From: Candidatus Zambryskibacteria bacterium RIFOXYD1_FULL_40_13
GTDB taxonomy: Bacteria > Patescibacteriota > Minisyncoccia > Phycocordibacterales > DATDWN01
DNA length: 59,065 bases
NCBI GenBank assembly: GCA_001824295.1
Contig: MHWY01000003.1
Coordinates: 1-59,065 of the forward strand
Reading direction: 5' to 3'
Below the pieces are notes generated by a model, which saw only the letters and a list, made by a program, of their open reading frames with translations, was not told where the DNA came from and searched no databases. Shown piece after piece: positions 18,650 through 27,475 of the stretch; position 1 is the stretch's first letter; the number at the start of each line of letters is the position of its first letter. The position numbers and the translations under genes are program-made.

Positions 18650-18670
18650 TGTCAAGGATGCCCCTTGACA
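18650..18670. repeat. REP hairpin upstream of the RAYT
   Basis: tgtcaaggatgccccttgaca. Confidence 0.85.
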
Positions 18671-18754
18671 GCAAGGGGTGGTGGGGTTAGTAGTTGTAAT
18701 TGTTTGACACTTTTTTACTACTCATCTACTCTTATGAAAGAGGGGGAAACGACT

Positions 18755-19015
18755 GTGCCGACGATTAAAGACCTGTTGCGACAAGTTGAATCCGGTTCTT
18801 GCGACTCTGGCGCATGTTTTGGAGTGACTGACCCAAGCAGGTTGCGTCCAGTGTTGCACCGGACAATGCCCAAGATTGTTTGTCTTGGTTGTGTCGGTCC
18901 AGAGCACCGGTGTGAGAAAAAGGTCCCGGTTCTTCGTGTCACTTTTCCGAAGCCGGGCCGCACAAGAAAGCGACGGACCTTTGTGAAGTGTGGCTGTTCT
19001 ATGTGCAACAAGTAG
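18755..19015 (+). CDS. Small Cys-rich hypothetical protein (orphan cassette)
   Basis: TTGACA-17-TACTCT (18704-18732), GAGGGG SD, GTG start, 8 Cys, terminator near 19060-19105. Confidence 0.55.
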   Translation: MPTIKDLLRQVESGSCDSGACFGVTDPSRLRPVLHRTMPKIVCLGCVGPEHRCEKKVPVLRVTFPKPGRTRKRRTFVKCGCSMCNK

Positions 19016-19192
19016 TGAGGCTGTAATGCTTGTGACACAACATCGGTCGGAGTTACACTAAGTCCCCAAGACCATTGAAGTCTTCGGGGCTTCTTTGGTT
19101 TTTTGTTAATAACTAGAATGCAGAAAAGATTTTTTCATACTATAATATGTACTAGTATTTACTTTATAAACTTTTAACCTCATAACTCATTC

Positions 19193-19720
19193 ATGTTTTC
19201 TGATCCTATAAAAAATATAGAACAGTGTGGGATTCAGGCCGGTATGGAAATTGCAGATTTTGGCAGTGGTTCTGGACATTACAGCATCGCAGCAGGCAGA
19301 GCACTTATCTCAACAGGAAGGGTCTACGCCATTGACGTTCAGCAAGAGCTTTTGACAAAGCTTAAAAACACAGCTACTCGGGAAGGTGTATATAATGTTG
19401 AGGTTATTTGGGGAGATATAGAAAAGATTGGTGGTACCAAGCTTCGGGACAACACAATTGACCTGGTGTTTCTCTCTAACATTCTTTTTCAGGTGGAACA
19501 CAAGGAAAATGTTGTAAAAGAGGTCAAGCGTGTTCTTCGAGCTGGTGGTCGGGTCTTGGTTATTGATTGGACGGATTCTTTTGGAGGTTTAGGTCCAAAA
19601 CCGGATATGCTTTTCAGGAAAGATTCAGCAGTCAGTCTCTTTGAAAAAAACGGTTTTCATTTGGATAGGGAGATTCTGGCTGGGGCGCATCATTATGGAC
19701 TTATATACAAGAAGCTATAA
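19193..19720 (+). CDS. Class I SAM-dependent methyltransferase
   Basis: ADFGSGSG, VYAIDV, RVLRAGGRVLVIDW. Confidence 0.9.
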   Translation: MFSDPIKNIEQCGIQAGMEIADFGSGSGHYSIAAGRALISTGRVYAIDVQQELLTKLKNTATREGVYNVEVIWGDIEKIGGTKLRDNTIDLVFLSNILFQVEHKENVVKEVKRVLRAGGRVLVIDWTDSFGGLGPKPDMLFRKDSAVSLFEKNGFHLDREILAGAHHYGLIYKKL

Positions 19721-19747
19721 TGCAAAAAAGTTTTTTATACAAACCAC

Positions 19748-21031
19748 ATGAGTACTTTTAAAATAATCGTTACAACTGTTTTCGTGGGCTCTTTCGTTAT
19801 TGGAATTATTCTTTTTGCCATGTCCAAGAGCACTCCATCTGCTGGTTCTGCCGATTTGGTGGTTTGGGGGACTGTTCCAAGAGAGGTATTTGATATTGCC
19901 TACAAGAACTCTTCTCTCAAAGCTAACAAGGCCATCAGGATTACTTATGTTGAGAAGGATGCACTAACCTTTGATACTGACTTCGTTGGAGCCCTATCAG
20001 AAGGTATTGGTCCGGATATTGTTATATTGCGAGATGACTATATGTATAAGAACCGCAACAAGTTGTTTGTCATACCATATTCGTACTACACACAGAGGGG
20101 TTTCAAGGATACCTTTATTGAAGCAGGAGAGATGTTTCTTGATCCAAACGGGGTCGTGGCTCTGCCATTTATGATAGACCCATTGGTTATGTATTGGAAT
20201 AGAGATATATTTTCAAGCAATAGTATTTCCGAACCGCCTAAGAACTGGGACCAGATATATGGCCTTATTGAGAAAGTCACTCGTCGTGACGCCAATGCCA
20301 ATGTTCTCCAGAGTACTATTGCTTTGGGTGAGTGGCGCAATATAACAAATGCAAAGGAGATATTAACCATGCTCTTACTTCAGGCTGGAACTCCAATAAC
20401 TACCAGAACCTCAAGTGGGGTCGTCTCTGTTCTGAAATCTCAGTTTGATTACCCAATTGCTCCTTCCCAGAGTGCAATAAGTTTTTACACTCAATTTTCA
20501 AATCCAACCTCACCTTCATACACTTGGAACCGTTCTCTGCCCGAGTCGTTCAACATGTTTCTTTCTGGGGGGCTTGCAACATATATTGGTTTTGCAAGTG
20601 AGCTGTTTTCTATCCAAGAAAAAAACCCAAACCTAAACTTTGATGTCACAGCTGTTCCACAAGTCAGAGATTCAGCAAAAAAGGTGGTCTTTGGGAGAAT
20701 GTATGCTCTAGCCATAGTCAAACAGACAAAGCAGGTTGGTGGGGCCTTTGTTGCTGTTAATGGTTTAACGGAGCCCACATCTATTAAGTCGCTTGAGGCT
20801 GTAACAAACCTTCCTCCTGTCAGAAGAGATTTGTTTTTGGAAAAACCAACTGACGCATACAGGATAGTTTTTTATGACTCTGCACTTGTTTCTCGTTCCT
20901 GGATTGATCCGAACGGAGCTGGAAGTGAAAAAGTCTTCCGTGATATGATAGATATGATTACGAGTGGACGAGGGAAGATAAGCGAGGCATTGAGTTTGGC
21001 GGATACAGAGCTTAGTAATTTGTTAAAATAA
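19748..21031 (+). CDS. Extracellular solute-binding protein (family 1-like)
   Basis: N-terminal TM, GPDIV, ALPFMIDPLVMYWNRDIF, PPKNWD, F.SG.LA. Confidence 0.85.
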   Translation: MSTFKIIVTTVFVGSFVIGIILFAMSKSTPSAGSADLVVWGTVPREVFDIAYKNSSLKANKAIRITYVEKDALTFDTDFVGALSEGIGPDIVILRDDYMYKNRNKLFVIPYSYYTQRGFKDTFIEAGEMFLDPNGVVALPFMIDPLVMYWNRDIFSSNSISEPPKNWDQIYGLIEKVTRRDANANVLQSTIALGEWRNITNAKEILTMLLLQAGTPITTRTSSGVVSVLKSQFDYPIAPSQSAISFYTQFSNPTSPSYTWNRSLPESFNMFLSGGLATYIGFASELFSIQEKNPNLNFDVTAVPQVRDSAKKVVFGRMYALAIVKQTKQVGGAFVAVNGLTEPTSIKSLEAVTNLPPVRRDLFLEKPTDAYRIVFYDSALVSRSWIDPNGAGSEKVFRDMIDMITSGRGKISEALSLADTELSNLLK

Positions 21032-21037
21032 ATTTTT

Positions 21038-21478
21038 ATGTTAACCATGAATATTAAAAGGTTTGGTGGGATGACACTTTTGGCTTTTACTCTCCTTTTT
21101 ATTTTTTTACCTACTCTTGTTTTTTCAGCTGAAAGCCCAGATTCTGCGAATGACAAGACCGGCATTACATATGAGTGTGCAACAGAGGTGAACGGTGTTA
21201 TGGTTTATGGCGAATGTACTTTTCAGGATCTAATAGCGGCAGTTAAAAAGGTTGTTGATATAGCAGTAAAGCTCGCCTTGTCGCTTTCTGTGATTGCTAT
21301 AACATATGCAGGTTTTCTTTATATGAAATCTGGCGATAATCCAGGTGATAGAAAGAGAGCAAACAAAATGCTCTTAAATGTCGTGAAGGGAATAGTCTTT
21401 ATCCTCGCAGCCTGGCTAATCGTATCATTAATAGCTAACGCGCTTTTGAGACCTGGTGTTGTGCAGTTTGGTATGTAA
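21038..21478 (+). CDS. TrbC/VirB2-like pilin family protein
   Basis: Signal peptide plus two TMs joined by 'YAGFLYM.SGDNP..R.RA'. Confidence 0.75.
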   Translation: MLTMNIKRFGGMTLLAFTLLFIFLPTLVFSAESPDSANDKTGITYECATEVNGVMVYGECTFQDLIAAVKKVVDIAVKLALSLSVIAITYAGFLYMKSGDNPGDRKRANKMLLNVVKGIVFILAAWLIVSLIANALLRPGVVQFGM

Positions 21479-21482
21479 AACT

Positions 21483-21893
21483 ATGAAAACATTTAAACAA
21501 ATTTCAATACACCTTTTTATTCTAAGTTTTATTGTTCTTCCTGTTTTTGTCTATGCAGGACCAACCCCACCTGCCCCAACCCCTTCGGCTCCTACAACAA
21601 TCAAAATAGGGATTCAAAATCCATTTAACTGTGGGGGTCAGCCAGATTGTACTATCATGACCCTGATTGTGGCCATACTTGAAAAAATAGTTATGCCTAT
21701 TGCAGCGGTTGGGGTGGTCATGTGGATAGTCTATGCTGGATTTACATTTGTCACCGCCCAGGGTGTTCCAAAGAAGATAGAAGAAGCAAAACAGCGCCTT
21801 CTGTGGTCCCTCGTTGGTGCAGGCATATTACTAGGCGCAGTTGCAATATCAAAGGTGGTAGAGAGCACGGTGGGGGCCTTAATAGCACCATAA
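21483..21893 (+). CDS. TrbC/VirB2-like pilin family protein
   Basis: 'IVYAGFTFVTAQG.P.KIEEAK..LLWSLVG'. Confidence 0.8.
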   Translation: MKTFKQISIHLFILSFIVLPVFVYAGPTPPAPTPSAPTTIKIGIQNPFNCGGQPDCTIMTLIVAILEKIVMPIAAVGVVMWIVYAGFTFVTAQGVPKKIEEAKQRLLWSLVGAGILLGAVAISKVVESTVGALIAP

Positions 21894-21899
21894 ACAAAC

Positions 21900-22265
21900 A
21901 TGAACAGAATACAAAAAATTTTTTCATTCGGTTTAATCTCTCTCGTTCCACAGATGGTCTTTAGTTTCGATTTGGCTAGTAGTAACTTCAAAGGAGTTTT
22001 AGAGGAGGTGGGTAGCGTAATAAGTATTCTAATTCCAATATTGTCTGGTATCGCCCTAATCTATTTCTTTTGGGGTTTGTCAAAGTTTATCCTCAATTCA
22101 AGTAAACCAGAGGATATCAAAAAGGGTAGAGAGTACATGCTTTGGGGGATATTGGTGCTATTTATTTTATTTACATTCCAAACAATTATTGGGTTAGTAT
22201 CAAATGAGCTGGAGATAGGAGGTAAAACCCCAGCTATTCCTGCGTTAAAAACAAATATACAATAA
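21900..22265 (+). CDS. TrbC/VirB2-like pilin family protein
   Basis: 'YFFWGL.KFI......GR..MLWGI'. Confidence 0.75.
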   Translation: MNRIQKIFSFGLISLVPQMVFSFDLASSNFKGVLEEVGSVISILIPILSGIALIYFFWGLSKFILNSSKPEDIKKGREYMLWGILVLFILFTFQTIIGLVSNELEIGGKTPAIPALKTNIQ

Positions 22266-22269
22266 ATCT

Positions 22270-22692
22270 ATGAAAAAAAATTATATAACATTTAGTTTCT
22301 TCCTAGTTGCACTTTGTGCTTTACCCATACCAGCCCTCGCTGCCTTAGATGGGGTTAAAGGGTTACTTCGGGCGTTTGGTGGCATATTGGGATTAATTGT
22401 CCCAGTGTTGTTTTCCCTCTCTTTGGTGTATTTTTTTTGGGGAGTTACTCAGTTTATATTGAAAGATGCTGGCAATGATAAAACTCGTGAGGATGGAAAG
22501 AAAAAGATGATATGGGGACTTATTGCCCTCTTTGTTTTTGTCTCAATCTACGGCATTTTGAGTGCCTTTGGTAGTGCTATCGGTATACCTTTTCGGGTCT
22601 CGGGTCTAAGCCCTACCGGTGGTGCAAATAACTCAAACAGCTCAGGATACATGACACCCACACAGGGCGGTTGGACGCCACCAAAGTTTTAG
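22270..22692 (+). CDS. TrbC/VirB2-like pilin family protein
   Basis: 'YFFWGV.QFI......GKK.MIWGLIALFV..SIYGI'. Confidence 0.75.
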   Translation: MKKNYITFSFFLVALCALPIPALAALDGVKGLLRAFGGILGLIVPVLFSLSLVYFFWGVTQFILKDAGNDKTREDGKKKMIWGLIALFVFVSIYGILSAFGSAIGIPFRVSGLSPTGGANNSNSSGYMTPTQGGWTPPKF

Positions 22693-22792
22693 CCAACAGG
22701 CTTCTCATTTATCCACAGTTTATTGTTTATTTTATGTTTTTGTATTATAATTTTGGTATTACACATTATTTAATAATAACTTAAGTAAAAAT

Positions 22793-23146
22793 ATGAAGAA
22801 ATTTATTTATGGTTTGATTTCTTTTTCACCAACATTGGCTCTTGCAGCAGATGCTGATTTGAGTGGAATTCAGAGATTAGTTATACAAGTCGGAAATATA
22901 ATAAAAAGTATTGTACCTCTACTCTTTGCTTTGGCTGTGGTTTACTTCTTCTGGGGTCTTGCAAAGTTCATTAAATCAGCTGGCGATCCAAAGGCACAGG
23001 GCGAAGGTAAGTCAATTATGATATATGGTATTATCGCTCTTGCTGTTATGGCTTCTGTCTATGGTTTGATAGGTTGGTTGCAGTCATCTCTTGGCGTTAC
23101 TGGTGGTGGAACAGTAGTTCTTCCAACTTTGCCTCCAATACAATAA
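22793..23146 (+). CDS. TrbC/VirB2-like pilin family protein
   Basis: 'YFFWGLAKFI.SAGD....GK..MIYGIIAL.VM.SVYGL'. Confidence 0.75.
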   Translation: MKKFIYGLISFSPTLALAADADLSGIQRLVIQVGNIIKSIVPLLFALAVVYFFWGLAKFIKSAGDPKAQGEGKSIMIYGIIALAVMASVYGLIGWLQSSLGVTGGGTVVLPTLPPIQ

Positions 23147-23164
23147 CAGTTTGCTTTCATACTC

Positions 23165-23443
23165 ATGACTATTGCTACTTTTCTCAATAGGGTAAACGAA
23201 CTAATCCTTAACCCTTTGATTGTGCTTGCTTTCGGTCTTTCATTTGTCTACTTTACCTATGGTATAGTCAAATTTTTGAGACTTGAAGCGGGGGACAAGA
23301 GCAGAAAGGAAGCTCAGGATGCCATACTTTGGGGAATTGTTGGAATGGTCATCATGTTTTCTGTTTACGGGATTATAAAGTTTGTGCTTGCAACATTCGG
23401 TGTTACGGCAAATCCCGGTGCTGGACAATACCTCAATCCATAG
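23165..23443 (+). CDS. TrbC/VirB2-like pilin family protein
   Basis: 'YF.YGIVKFL......ILWGIVGM.IMFSVYGI'. Confidence 0.72.
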   Translation: MTIATFLNRVNELILNPLIVLAFGLSFVYFTYGIVKFLRLEAGDKSRKEAQDAILWGIVGMVIMFSVYGIIKFVLATFGVTANPGAGQYLNP

Positions 23444-23465
23444 GAACAAATAGTAAAATATAAAC

Positions 23466-23502
23466 AAAACCCGCGCACCTCTCGATGAGTGTGCGCGGTT
23501 TT
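23466..23502. terminator. Bidirectional terminator
   Basis: aaaacccgcgcac...gtgcgcggtttt between convergent genes. Confidence 0.7.
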
Positions 23503-23520
23503 GCCTTTACGGCGAACGAA

Positions 23521-24252
23521 CTACTTCCCGACCGTGACCTTGACGGTCACTGGCCAGGAGACTCTAGATTGGAATTCGCCCCAGTCCATCCAGGGCAAGT
23601 TGCTATTAGTTTCTTTCCCAGGGCCGTCCTTGTACGGCTTTCCCCTGTGGTCCCAGATAGTGATGAGCCCTTCTGGCTCAATCATGCTACCTTTGGTGAG
23701 GTCTACCCGACAGCTCGGGCGTCCGACTGGGGCCGTGACGGTGTATGTCCCGTCGGCGTTCTGCTCACACCATTTGACGGCGCGTGTGGCCGACTCTGGC
23801 GACCAGAAGTTCTTCCAGGCCGCCCCGACATGTCCGGGGATTTCCACGAGGTTGACGCCCTTGGCGAGCACCGTCCTCCCCACCATGAACCCGAGGCCCA
23901 CGATGAGGATGGTCAGCATGACCCGCCCCAAGAAGTTCATCTTCTTCTCACCCTTCTTGCCGTCTTCCCTGTAGAACAGGAAGGCGACGGCGATGAGAGG
24001 GTGAGCGAGAAGTGACCACTTGGTGAAGAAGAGTGCCTTCCACACTTCTGGCCAGAAGCACCAGAAGGTGAAGTGACACAGAGCCACCCCGGCGAGTGGC
24101 TTGAGCCACCTACCGCTTTTGGACAAGTCGGGGAGGCGTAGCTGTCCCGTTGCCGAGCGAACCCGCGACGGCAGGGAGCTTTTCCCCACAATCACGAGGA
24201 CTATGATGGCCACAAGGATGGCCACATAGTTTTCGTTCCAAAACTCAATCAT
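23521..24252 (-). CDS. Hypothetical membrane protein (GC-rich)
   Basis: Several TMs, GGAGG SD, overlaps the SPFH gene end. Confidence 0.7.
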   Translation of the reverse strand: MIEFWNENYVAILVAIIVLVIVGKSSLPSRVRSATGQLRLPDLSKSGRWLKPLAGVALCHFTFWCFWPEVWKALFFTKWSLLAHPLIAVAFLFYREDGKKGEKKMNFLGRVMLTILIVGLGFMVGRTVLAKGVNLVEIPGHVGAAWKNFWSPESATRAVKWCEQNADGTYTVTAPVGRPSCRVDLTKGSMIEPEGLITIWDHRGKPYKDGPGKETNSNLPWMDWGEFQSRVSWPVTVKVTVGK

Positions 24253-25327
24253 GCGACCCTCCCTTCTGGTTCATGGCCGTCTTGAATGCGTCGACTAGGC
24301 TTTGGATAAGGCTGCCCCCCGCGAGGAACGTGTTGTGCCCACCCTTCAAGGCGTCGACAAGTGTTTGGAGCTGAAGGGCGTCCATGCCGTTCTTTTTCTC
24401 CATGACGAGGCGAATGACCTCCGTGCCTTCTGCCTGTTTCGTAAGCTGGGCAAGCAGGCCGTCAGCTTCTGCTAGAAGCAGGGCCTTCTTGGCTTTGGCC
24501 TCACCAACGCCGTGAGCAGTCAACTCGTATTTCTTGGCATCCGCTGCTGTTTTAGTTGCGCTGGCTTCTTGGGTCGCAGCGTGTGCCTTGGTCACTGATT
24601 CGTTGAGGGTGTGGCTAAAGATGATGGGCTTGATCTCAGCTACACTGATCCTGATGCCCCAGTCCACCACATTGTCAGCAAACACCTTTAGTAATGCTGC
24701 ATTGTGTGTCCCGAGGTCTCTGTTCACTGCGGCCGGCGACTTCACTGTGAACTCCCTGTTGAACAGGGCAATCGCCACGTCCTCCAGGTTTTTCAGGGTT
24801 CTCTCGACCGTTCCCATCTTCTGAAGCCAACGGCACGGGTCGCTGATTTCAAAACTCACGAAGATTGGCACTTCTGCCACGATTCGCGAGTTGTACGGGT
24901 CGTCCTTCGGCAAGTTTTCATCCGCTGGTCCGAACAAGATTCGGATTGGCGGTTTCATGTCAGACCCAACTGGGGGTGGAGCGTACTTGTCATCTTTGGT
25001 ACCGCGCCAGATTTTGTCTGGCTCTGCTGGCAGTTCTGCTTGAACTATCCGTCCTTCCACGGTTTTGAGCTTGATGAGACCGAGTGGTGCGAGCACTGGT
25101 CCCGGCCCAACGTTTGCATATGGGTATCCGAGAAACAGCAAGGCGCCTTTCTGGTCATGCTCGACTTTGTCGATGCTTGCCCAGATGTAGTACCCCCCTC
25201 CGATGAGGGAGAGGAGTCCGAGGCCCTTGATGCCGTAGGTGGCCCCGAGGGTCGTTCCAACAAACATCAGGACTCCGAGAACGATCGCGAAGCAGGTGAT
25301 TCCAACCAGGTCGATATTCTTCATCAT
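24245..25327 (-). CDS. SPFH/band-7 (prohibitin/HflC-like) membrane protein
   Basis: N-terminal TMs, 'V...Q.GALLFLG......GPG', 'WGIRISVAEIK.I', Ala-rich coiled coil; TTGACT-17-TAGAAT promoter (25436-25464). Confidence 0.7.
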   Translation of the reverse strand: MMKNIDLVGITCFAIVLGVLMFVGTTLGATYGIKGLGLLSLIGGGYYIWASIDKVEHDQKGALLFLGYPYANVGPGPVLAPLGLIKLKTVEGRIVQAELPAEPDKIWRGTKDDKYAPPPVGSDMKPPIRILFGPADENLPKDDPYNSRIVAEVPIFVSFEISDPCRWLQKMGTVERTLKNLEDVAIALFNREFTVKSPAAVNRDLGTHNAALLKVFADNVVDWGIRISVAEIKPIIFSHTLNESVTKAHAATQEASATKTAADAKKYELTAHGVGEAKAKKALLLAEADGLLAQLTKQAEGTEVIRLVMEKKNGMDALQLQTLVDALKGGHNTFLAGGSLIQSLVDAFKTAMNQKGGSHD

Positions 25328-25544
25328 GGTTTCTCTCCTAAGTCGTGTTTCCAATCTAGATGTCAACGAACTCTTCCAGGAACTTCCTGGAAACCTCTCG
25401 GGAAATTCCCGTGAGTATCCGTTGTCTCTGTATATATTCTATCACAAAACACACAGAAAGTCAATGTTTATGTGCTACGAAACATGGCCTAAATAAAGGA
25501 TATTTTTTGAGCAAAAATAGCCCGGCCGACTCGAGTCGGCGGGG

Positions 25545-25829
25545 CTATCTGTGACGAAGGGTGAACTTCAGCCCGTGGTCGTTTGCGTTGTAGTACGCTT
25601 CGACCACCCAGCCGTGGTAGATGCTCTCAAGCTCTACCATCTGTGCGAAATTAACCCTAGCACCTCTACGGCACTTCTCTGGCCCGTTCATACTGACAAA
25701 TGTCGGGCCCGTGTACCTCTGGTCGCGAGCAAGTAGGGCTTTGTCGATGATGTCCAGAAGCCCAGTTACCCGTGTGGTGTCAGCGGAAACCTTCCGCTCA
25801 AGCACCGCAGATTGGGCTCTTGTGTGCAT
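25545..25829 (-). CDS. Hypothetical protein (orphan cassette)
   Basis: GAGGTG SD; terminator hairpin ~25515-25548. Confidence 0.5.
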   Translation of the reverse strand: MHTRAQSAVLERKVSADTTRVTGLLDIIDKALLARDQRYTGPTFVSMNGPEKCRRGARVNFAQMVELESIYHGWVVEAYYNANDHGLKFTLRHR

Positions 25830-25889
25830 CTTACACCTCACAATTTACTGTTCGCAGTTATGCTACTACAGACAGATGCTCCTGTCTAA

Positions 25890-26072
25890 TTGTGGGTAAG
25901 GAGGGGTACTCTTTTTTAATAATAAAATGTCGTCACATTTTATTATTAAAAACCCAGATTCACGACACTCGCTGGTGCGAGCGTAAACCGTGAATCTGTT
26001 CGAGCCCCTCACGCAAAGCTTCGCTTTGCTCTTACCCACAAATCAAAAAACCGCTTTCGCGGTTTAGATTTG
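25890..26072 (-). repeat. tRNA-trailing structured element, scaffold A (Leu-TAG)
   Basis: tgtgggtaag-[hairpin]-gaggggctcgaac; core homologous to Val unit 1; direct repeat at 25891-25905. Confidence 0.88.
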
Positions 26073-26154
26073 TGGGTAAGGAGGGACTCGAACCCTCAAG
26101 CCTTACGGCACTAGTTCCTAAGACTAGCGTGTCTACCAATTGCACCACTTACCC
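26073..26154 (-). tRNA. tRNA-Leu(TAG)
   Basis: GGGTAAG...CTTACCCA; CTAGT-CTTAGGA-ACTAG; long variable arm. Confidence 0.95.
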
Positions 26155-26168
26155 AAAAAATACGAAAT

Positions 26169-26316
26169 CAGTAGGGAATCGACCATTACATGGTCAGTAC
26201 ACCTTTTTGTTATTTGTTTCGCTTTGCTCACAAATAACTATCAAAGGTTTTCGATCCCTAACGCAGACTATAACATAGTCTGCTCTGGGCGTAAAAAAAT
26301 CGTAACCGATTTTTTG
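26169..26316 (-). repeat. tRNA-trailing structured element, scaffold B (Lys)
   Basis: cgcccag-[hairpin]-tagggatcgaa; core closely similar to Val unit 2; short repeat ccctactg. Confidence 0.85.
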
Positions 26317-26389
26317 TGCGCCCAGTAGGGATCGAACCTACGACCTTATCCTTAAGAGGGATCTGCTCTACCAGCTGAGCTATGGGCGC
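26317..26389 (-). tRNA. tRNA-Lys(CTT)
   Basis: GCGCCCA...TGGGCGCA; ATCC-CTCTTAA-GGAT. Confidence 0.93.
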
Positions 26390-26544
26390 ATATATGAAAA
26401 AGTACTTTGGTACTATACCACAAACCTTTGTATAAAATAAAGACATAGTAAAAAAATATAATTAATTATGAAAAAGAATACTCCTCCTTGCCCACAAATT
26501 GACAAAGTAACTATATTCTGCTATGATTTGGATAGGAGGCCACG

Positions 26545-26757
26545 ATGCCCGACCCGTTTCTTGTTTTAGCTGCATCTTTCGCAAGCAGTGCCGTCCCGCA
26601 GGCTGATGCGGACGATTCAATGGCCGGGGCGACATCTATCCCCTCGGAGGTCACTGTTGCTCGCCGTCGTGCCGAGCAAGTGACATTTGTCCAAAGTGGA
26701 AGACGAAAAGACTGGTACTGGCTACTGCCAGATGGTACAAAAGTCTTCCATCAGTAA
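26545..26757 (+). CDS. Small hypothetical protein (orphan cassette)
   Basis: TTGACA-17-TATGAT (26499-26527), AGGAGG SD, hairpin after the stop. Confidence 0.6.
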   Translation: MPDPFLVLAASFASSAVPQADADDSMAGATSIPSEVTVARRRAEQVTFVQSGRRKDWYWLLPDGTKVFHQ

Positions 26758-26884
26758 GACACGCCGCCCGCTAGTGAGAACGCCTTGTCGTTTCTCACGG
26801 CGAGGCGGTTTCTCATTTTAAAACCTTGTAGTCAATTTGTTTATATAAAAAAGAGTGGGCGAACTCGAGTCCGCCCACCAATCC

Positions 26885-27040
26885 CTACTGAAGTAAGGTG
26901 CGCAACGTTTCCGTTCGCACCTTGAGCAACGGCTCAAGACTTTCTCTCATCTCTTTCCTGTACGCTCCACCCTTGCGGAGGAGTTGCCAGAATCGTTCTG
27001 GCGTGAGTGTCAGCCGTTGTGTCGTTTTAGCATCTTTCAT
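26885..27040 (-). CDS. 51-aa microprotein MKDAKTTQRL... (not in ORF track)
   Basis: AAGGAG SD; terminator gtgggcg...cgcccac plus T-tract at ~26846-26880. Confidence 0.55.
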   Translation of the reverse strand: MKDAKTTQRLTLTPERFWQLLRKGGAYRKEMRESLEPLLKVRTETLRTLLQ

Positions 27041-27109
27041 CACTAGCTCCTTCCATTAATAATAATACACAAAATATTTGATACTACCAATTTTCAAAAC
27101 AATGTGGGG

Positions 27110-27288
27110 TGGTGCCCGAGGTGGGAATCTTCCGCAACTAAAAATTTTTCGTCAAAAATTTTTGTCGTGTCCGCAGCTCGCGACCCGCGCTGTTGCACGG
27201 GTACCCCGCTTCGCTTTTCGATTCCCAACATAAAGCAATAACATTGCTTTATTCCTCGGACACACAAAACTACCGCATGGTAGTTTTT
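27110..27288 (-). repeat. tRNA-trailing structured element, scaffold C (Leu-TAA)
   Basis: gtgtccgagg-[hairpin]-tgggaatcgaa; GACG hairpin; 20-bp direct repeat including CCA (27110-27129). Confidence 0.85.
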
Positions 27289-27375
27289 TGGTGCCCGAGG
27301 TGGGAATCGAACCCACATGACCTTGCGGTCACAAAATTTTAAGTCTTGCGTGTATACCAATTCCACCACTCGGGC
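27289..27375 (-). tRNA. tRNA-Leu(TAA), CCA encoded
   Basis: GCCCGAG...CTCGGGCACCA; CAAGA-CTTAAAA-TTTTG. Confidence 0.94.
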
Positions 27376-27396
27376 AGTGCCTAAATTACTTTAGGG

Positions 27397-27468
27397 AGGC
27401 GTGGGGCGGAATTGAACCGCCGTATATTTCTTTTGCAGAGAAATGCCTTACCACTTGGCTACCACGCC
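27397..27468 (-). tRNA. tRNA-Cys(GCA)
   Basis: GGCGTGG...CCACGCCT; TTTCT-CTGCAAA-AGAAA; U discriminator. Confidence 0.94.
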
Positions 27469-27475
27469 CTTTGTC

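Noticed and set aside
23485-24015. + strand ORFs of 176 and 161 aa (also 24704-25414)
   Set aside because: Shadows of GC-rich minus-strand genes that have an SD, promoter and TM features.
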